Below, piece by piece: positions 58,713-64,000 of a stretch of DNA of 64,000 bases. The position numbers were made by a program, and so were the translations under genes. Source of the stretch: an uncultured Flavobacteriaceae bacterium (GTDB lineage Bacteria; Bacteroidota; Bacteroidia; Flavobacteriales; Flavobacteriaceae); NCBI GenBank assembly GCA_964451785.1, contig CAYVJG010000012.1, positions 5,620-69,619 of the forward strand, given 5' to 3'. Numbering within the stretch: the first letter of the stretch is position 1; each line of letters opens with the position of its first letter. The notes under the pieces are model-generated. The model was not told the DNA's origin. It searched no databases and was given only the letters and a program-made list of their open reading frames with translations.

Positions 58713-61004
58713 TTATTTTGCTTCTGAGTAAGATGAGGGGTAACTAGCAGATTGTGTGCCGCGCGTTTTATTAGGTGTGTCGCCCATATCGATAGTGAGT
58801 GTGCCACCGTTTAGAATGTCAAAGTGATTAATCCAGTTTTTGTCGTAAGACTTACCATTGAGTTGCATACCTTCTACATAGATGTTTTTAGCGCTGTTTT
58901 GCGGTGCTTTGATGACAAAATCATTGCCGTTGCTGAGGTGTAAAGTGATTTCTTTAAATAATGGAGCTCCAAAAACATATTCTGTACTTGCCGGATTAAC
59001 AGGGTAAAAGCCCATGGCTGAGAAAACGTACCAAGCTGAAGTTTGTCCATTGTCTTCGTCACCAGAATACCCAAATGGAATAGGTGCGTATAAGCGATTC
59101 ATCACTTGACGGACCCAATATTGAGTTTTCCAAGGTTGACCGGCATAGTTGTACAGATAAATCATGTGCTGTATAGGTTGATTGCCGTGCGCATATTGTC
59201 CAAATCCGGCAATTTGCATCTCGCGGATTTCGTGAATCACCTGTCCGTAATAACTGTCGTCAAAAACAGGTGGCATGACAAAAACAGAATCTAACATTTG
59301 TGTAAACTCTTGTTGGCCTCCCATCAAATTGATTAAGCCTTGAACATCGTGAAAAACCGACCAAGAGTAGTGCCAGCTGTTACCTTCTGTAAAGGCGTCG
59401 CCCCATTTAAAGGGATTAAAAGGCGATTGAAAAGTGCCATCTTCGTTTTTACCGCGCATTAAGTTGTGAGTAGGATCAAAAAGATTGCGGTAATTTTGAC
59501 TGCGTTTTTCGTATAGTTTAGTTTCTTTTTTAGGGCGATCTAAGGCTTTCCCTAAGGCATAAATGGCGTAATCATCGTAGGCATATTCTAGTGTGCGAGC
59601 AGCATTTTCGTTGATTCCTACATTATACGGTACATAACCTAAGTTGTTGTAATAATCAACGCCTTCGCGACCTACAGCAGGGATGGGACCTTCGTTGTTG
59701 GCATCGTGAAGAAGTGCTTTATACAAGGTTTTGATGTCATAGCCGCGTAAGCCTTTTAAGTAAGCTCCCGCCACAACTGAGGCTGAGTTGTTACCAATCA
59801 TCACATCGCGGAATCCCGGAGCAGACCATTCTGGTAAGAATCCGCCTTCTTGATAATCGTTCACTAATCCTTTTTGCATTTCGATATTGATTTCAGGATA
59901 CATCAAGGTTAAGAAAGGGTATAATGCTCTAAAGGTGTCCCAAAATCCGGTGCCAGCAAACATGTAGCCTTTTTCGATTTTACCGTTGTACGGACTGTAA
60001 TGCACAATTTTTCCCTTAGCATCGATTTCATACATTTTTAGTGGGAAAAACAACATGCGATAAAGGCTGGAGTAAAAGGTACGCACTTGGTCAATAGTGC
60101 CACCAGACACTTCAATACGGCTGAGCTTTTCATTCCAAGCTTTCTTGGCTTTTGTTTTAGTTTGAGCAAAAGAATCGGTGCCGATTTCTGATTTTAAATT
60201 GCGTTCAGCTTGCTCAAAACTGGTGAATGAAGAGGCGACTTTTAAATGGATTTTTTCGCCTTTTTTGGTGTTAAATTGGATTAACGCGCCGGAGTGGTCA
60301 GCTGTTAATTCTAATTTGTTTTTGTGAAGAATTTCTCCACTCCAGGTGTTGCTAGCTGTAAAGGGCTTGTCAAAATAAATGACAAAATAATTTTTGAAAT
60401 TATCAGGTACGCCACCACTATTTTTGGAGGTGTAACCGATAATTTTTTGTTCTTCGGGAATAATTTTGATATACGACCCATCATCATAAGCGTCAATAAC
60501 AATATAAGCACTATCAGACTTAGGGAAAGTGAATTGGAATTGAGCGCCGCGCGTAGTTGGCGTCACCTCAGCCCACACATCGTGATCAGCTAAATAGACT
60601 TCATAATAGTAAGGCGTAGCGGTTTCTGTTTGATGTGAAAACCAGCTAGCGCGTTCTTTTTCAGTAAAGGTTGCAGAGCCTGTCACTGGCATGATTGAAA
60701 ATTGTGCATAATCATTCATCCAAGGAGAAGGTTGGTGTGTTTGTTTAAGCCCTCTAATTTTATGGGCATCATAGCGGTATTGCCAGCCATCGCCGTTTTT
60801 TCCGGTTTGGGGTGTCCACAAGTTCATTCCCCAAGGCATGCCTACAGCAGGATAGGTGTTGCCGGTTGATAATTCATAGCTCGATAGAGTTCCCATTAAG
60901 GTATTGACATACTGAACGGGGTTTTCTACTCGTGTGATTTGTTGAGCAAAGCTGCTATAACTGTAGTATAAAAAACAGAATAAGGAAAGTAAACGGATTT
61001 TCAT
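58713..61004 (-). CDS. GH92-family alpha-mannosidase, secreted
   Basis: 763 aa with a signal peptide. YVNTLMGT..GNTYPAVGMPWGM is the typical GH92 N-terminus. The catalytic region includes GNQP and SGDEDNGQTSAWYVFSAMGFYPV. Confidence 0.9.
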   Translation of the reverse strand: MKIRLLSLFCFLYYSYSSFAQQITRVENPVQYVNTLMGTLSSYELSTGNTYPAVGMPWGMNLWTPQTGKNGDGWQYRYDAHKIRGLKQTHQPSPWMNDYAQFSIMPVTGSATFTEKERASWFSHQTETATPYYYEVYLADHDVWAEVTPTTRGAQFQFTFPKSDSAYIVIDAYDDGSYIKIIPEEQKIIGYTSKNSGGVPDNFKNYFVIYFDKPFTASNTWSGEILHKNKLELTADHSGALIQFNTKKGEKIHLKVASSFTSFEQAERNLKSEIGTDSFAQTKTKAKKAWNEKLSRIEVSGGTIDQVRTFYSSLYRMLFFPLKMYEIDAKGKIVHYSPYNGKIEKGYMFAGTGFWDTFRALYPFLTLMYPEINIEMQKGLVNDYQEGGFLPEWSAPGFRDVMIGNNSASVVAGAYLKGLRGYDIKTLYKALLHDANNEGPIPAVGREGVDYYNNLGYVPYNVGINENAARTLEYAYDDYAIYALGKALDRPKKETKLYEKRSQNYRNLFDPTHNLMRGKNEDGTFQSPFNPFKWGDAFTEGNSWHYSWSVFHDVQGLINLMGGQQEFTQMLDSVFVMPPVFDDSYYGQVIHEIREMQIAGFGQYAHGNQPIQHMIYLYNYAGQPWKTQYWVRQVMNRLYAPIPFGYSGDEDNGQTSAWYVFSAMGFYPVNPASTEYVFGAPLFKEITLHLSNGNDFVIKAPQNSAKNIYVEGMQLNGKSYDKNWINHFDILNGGTLTIDMGDTPNKTRGTQSASYPSSYSEAK

Positions 61005-61288
61005 ATAAAAAGGGAATTTAAACTATGAGATAGATCAAAAAATAAGTGATTTAAGCATTGTGTACAAGCTGAAAAACTAGATAGGATTTAAATTAGTACT
61101 TTTTTGCGTAATAAGCTGGTCGTATTTCTAGAGATAAGGCATAAATACACCAAAACATACCCCAAACACTAGTTGTCAGATGCACGTAAAGTATTAAATC
61201 TTCCTTATTAAATCAGAGGCTAATGATAGTTAAAAAAAGTGAGCTTAAAAAGAGATTGGCGTCAGAAAAGGGATTAAATAAAATCAAA

Positions 61289-61326
61289 AAACTCTCTTTA
61301 ACACAAAGTTAGAGAGAGCTTGTTTT
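61289..61326 (-). terminator. Terminator after the small membrane protein gene
   Basis: aactctcttt..agagagagctt hairpin with a T-run on the minus strand. Confidence 0.55.
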
Positions 61327-61372
61327 ATAGAGTGGATTAATCAAAGAGATTGATTAATGGGAAAATATTCAA

Positions 61373-61555
61373 TTATTGTTCTGTCTTTTGTTTTTGTAGT
61401 TTTTTGACTTGACTAATCATCAACCAAATACTGGTACCACAGATGATACCATTGGCAAAATAATGACCATGGCTATCAATTTCTAGGCTGAAACCAACTA
61501 AGCTAATGGCAAGTAGAACAACGGACAATATAATAAGTAGCTGTGTTTTTTTCAT
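61373..61555 (-). CDS. Small two-TM membrane protein, hypothetical
   Basis: 60 aa with two hydrophobic segments and a basic C-tail. Confidence 0.4.
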   Translation of the reverse strand: MKKTQLLIILSVVLLAISLVGFSLEIDSHGHYFANGIICGTSIWLMISQVKKLQKQKTEQ

Positions 61556-61721
61556 AATTTAAAGAATGTGATTGACTTGTAAGGTGTTGCTAAATAATTA
61601 AGCGCAAAATTTTAAATCCTTTACAGGTTTAAAATAAGGTTTAGGTTTACAAAGTAATGAAATAATTGATAAACTGTTACAAGTAATTGATGAATAGTGT
61701 ATTAAGTCAATGTAAAATTAA

Positions 61722-61760
61722 TAAATAAAACTCCCCTAATCAGCAGTGTTTAGGGGAGTT
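61722..61760 (-). terminator. Terminator after the DUF2723 gene
   Basis: aactcccctaa..ttaggggagtt with a T-rich tail on the minus strand. Confidence 0.7.
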
Positions 61761-61786
61761 TAGAAGAAAATATTAAGTTCTGTTAT

Positions 61787-64000
61787 TTACTGATTAGTCG
61801 TGTCTTTTGGCGTGCTCTTAGGAGCGCTTGGCGCTGGTTCATCAACTTTTAACTGCTCAGCATTTTGTGCTAAAACACCAATTTGCTCAATGTAGTTGTT
61901 GTATTTTGCAACTTGCTTTTGTGCAAACTCATCAGTATCATTGACAACAACAATATCCACTAAATCGCGATAACTGTATATGTTATTGACAATTTCTTGA
62001 ATATTAGCATCTTGTTCTTCCATTGGTAGGGCTGCGTAATAATCTAGCCATTGTTGATAAATAACCACTAATTTAGACCATAGTTGACGTGCTTTATCAG
62101 TTTTATCAAGGGCATAATAATCTGTGATAAATGGATTGACCATGGTATAATACTGTGTTTTATACACTGGCATTTTTTCAATAGCTAAATCGACTACTTT
62201 TTCAGCTTTGTCGAGTTTGTTTTGCGCAATCAAATTATGCACTAATCGAATCATACGCGTGCGGTAGCTAATCGAGTTAAGACGTGTTTGCGGATCGTAA
62301 TAAATGTCAGGATCACCGCTGTTCCCCCAATGCCAATTCATGACTGTTTGATAGAGTGCTTCTGTATCAATTCGTCCTAAAGAACCATAGCCTTTGGCTG
62401 GCGTTTTAATAGGCACCAGTTGATAACCTAAGCCTGAAACTTGCAAGTAGTCTTTCATCCATAGGTATTGTGCATCGTCATTAGTGCCGCCACTAAAATG
62501 GACAGGACGTTTCCAATTGGTATTGGCTACAACATCGAGCATCATTAAAACGTTTTTGGCAATTTGACTACTGGTGATGTTAATCGGAATATAATCCACA
62601 ATCTTGTCGCGATCTTCAGGTTTGACGATTCCTGATTTAATCACTTGATCTTTATCTACCATCAATTTGAGATGTTTGGTAGGGAAGGTGTGGATTTTGT
62701 GTCCGTTTTGTAAGGTCACCATTGTTGAAGGATCGTTACTTTTGACGTATTTCAACCAATTTTTAACCGTCATCGTATCAGGCATGCGCGGATCTTCTTG
62801 GTAGATAATCACATCATTAGTGCCGTAAACATAATCTTTATGACCGAGGATGGTTTTAATACCCGGGCTGTCATAGGTTTTATTGTGCATTTGATCAATA
62901 TACCATTCTGTAGCAAAGAGCGAGGTATTGATAATTTTGACATCAGTGCGATGCTCTTCAATTTCCTGAACATACCACAATGGGAAGGTGTCATTATCGC
63001 CGATGGTAAATATGATACCATCTTTTCCCACAGAGTCTAAATAATTTTTAGCCAATGCTGTAGCGGTATATTTATTAGAGCGATCGTGATCATTCCAGTT
63101 TTGTTGAGCGAGCACCCCAGGGACGGCGAGTAAGGCTATAGCTGTTAAGCCACCAGCAACGAGTTTAGGGTTGAGGTATTTTTTAAATTTAGCATAGAGG
63201 GCATAGACGCCAAATCCCATCCAAATGGCAAAGGCATAAAAAGAGCCCACTACTGCATAATCGCGTTCTCGAGGTTCAAAGGCGCGTTCGTTAAGGTATA
63301 TTTTGAGTGCTAAGCCTGTAAAGAGAAAGAGCACCATAATCACCCAGAAGTTGCGTTTGTCTTTGTCGTATTGGAAAAATAAGCCTACAAGTCCTAAGAG
63401 TAGGGGCAAAAAGTAATAGGTGTTGCGTGACGGATCATTTTTGACAACATCAGGAAGGTTTTCTTGAGAACCTAAAAAGAAATTATCAATAGGTGTAATG
63501 CCACTTAACCAGTTGCCTGACAGATTGGTATATTCGCCTTGCTGATCGTTTTGGCGACCGACAAAGTTCCACATAAAATAGCGGAAATACATATACCAAA
63601 ATTGATATTCAAACATGAACTCAAGGTTGGCAGACATGGAAGGTTTTTCAATTTCTAAATACTGGTTGTATTGATTGAAAAACTTAATGAGTCCACCATT
63701 GTCAATCTTACCTTCAGCATAGCCTTGCCTTACTTGTTGTACCAAGTTGATAAGCTGCTTATTAGAACTGTATTCAGGTTTGATATGATACTTGACGGGT
63801 TCTGTGATGTTCATATAATTCACCATGTTTGAAGTCGAAGTACTCCACATACGCGGCAAAAGAGATTTTTGAGAATCACTTAAATTTTGATCGGCATTTT
63901 TCCAGTTGTTAACGATGACATATTCGCCTAATTTTTCATTCTTTTCATATTTAGGTTTTCCATCGGTATACGGATTAGCAGCATCGAGTCCGGCAAAAGT
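61787..64000 (-). CDS. DUF2723-domain polytopic membrane protein (putative glycosyltransferase); N-terminus outside the window
   Basis: I checked that the frame stays open from 63859 to the window edge; the track start is only a TTG. It has multiple TM segments, the typical FWYMYFRYFMWNFVGRQND, and a large soluble C-terminal domain. Confidence 0.8.
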   Translation of the reverse strand, partial: TFAGLDAANPYTDGKPKYEKNEKLGEYVIVNNWKNADQNLSDSQKSLLPRMWSTSTSNMVNYMNITEPVKYHIKPEYSSNKQLINLVQQVRQGYAEGKIDNGGLIKFFNQYNQYLEIEKPSMSANLEFMFEYQFWYMYFRYFMWNFVGRQNDQQGEYTNLSGNWLSGITPIDNFFLGSQENLPDVVKNDPSRNTYYFLPLLLGLVGLFFQYDKDKRNFWVIMVLFLFTGLALKIYLNERAFEPRERDYAVVGSFYAFAIWMGFGVYALYAKFKKYLNPKLVAGGLTAIALLAVPGVLAQQNWNDHDRSNKYTATALAKNYLDSVGKDGIIFTIGDNDTFPLWYVQEIEEHRTDVKIINTSLFATEWYIDQMHNKTYDSPGIKTILGHKDYVYGTNDVIIYQEDPRMPDTMTVKNWLKYVKSNDPSTMVTLQNGHKIHTFPTKHLKLMVDKDQVIKSGIVKPEDRDKIVDYIPINITSSQIAKNVLMMLDVVANTNWKRPVHFSGGTNDDAQYLWMKDYLQVSGLGYQLVPIKTPAKGYGSLGRIDTEALYQTVMNWHWGNSGDPDIYYDPQTRLNSISYRTRMIRLVHNLIAQNKLDKAEKVVDLAIEKMPVYKTQYYTMVNPFITDYYALDKTDKARQLWSKLVVIYQQWLDYYAALPMEEQDANIQEIVNNIYSYRDLVDIVVVNDTDEFAQKQVAKYNNYIEQIGVLAQNAEQLKVDEPAPSAPKSTPKDTTNQ

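Overview
The window looks like a chromosomal segment of a low-GC Bacteroidota (Flavobacteriia-type) genome. Supporting signs are SusC/SusD pairs, a type III glutamine synthetase, DUF2723/DUF5606-type proteins, TAnnTTTG-like -7 boxes, and many lipoproteins with a Cys shortly after a hydrophobic leader. Most of it is ordinary housekeeping or carbohydrate content:
- glnN, pyrF, dnaG, def, ruvX, dapD
- tandem msrB genes
- menE-CPBP-menC
- fadD-like ligase, rmuC, hpf
- fluoride riboswitch-crcB-ppa
- gap-pfkA, ilvE, mnmD
- lacZ plus galT-galK-galM
- waaA, a GH92 mannosidase, two TonB-dependent receptor loci

The clear accessory region is a ~3.7 kb island at 19.7-23.4 kb, visibly richer in G+C at its 5' end, wedged between ruvX and dapD. 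It holds:
- a 5'-truncated RHS/YD-repeat core ending in a PVRFVDPDGR-type boundary
- an unrecognised ~200 aa C-terminal tip with glycine-rich hydrophobic segments
- a 62 aa two-TM candidate immunity gene overlapping the toxin stop (TAATG)
- a diverged tandem duplicate of toxin tail plus immunity
- a third start-less ORF plus lipoprotein pair

The island is bracketed by 58 bp imperfect direct repeats, each fused in frame to RHS coding sequence at a different point.

The second notable layer is at least four families of short intergenic repeats (MITE/REP-like). Some fill intra-operon gaps (galK-galM, CPBP-menE) or abut start codons. They are nested in a 1.2 kb gene-free region upstream of crcB.

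I found no rRNA, tRNA or CRISPR array. All calls rest on reading the supplied translations and sequence by eye; no searches were run.
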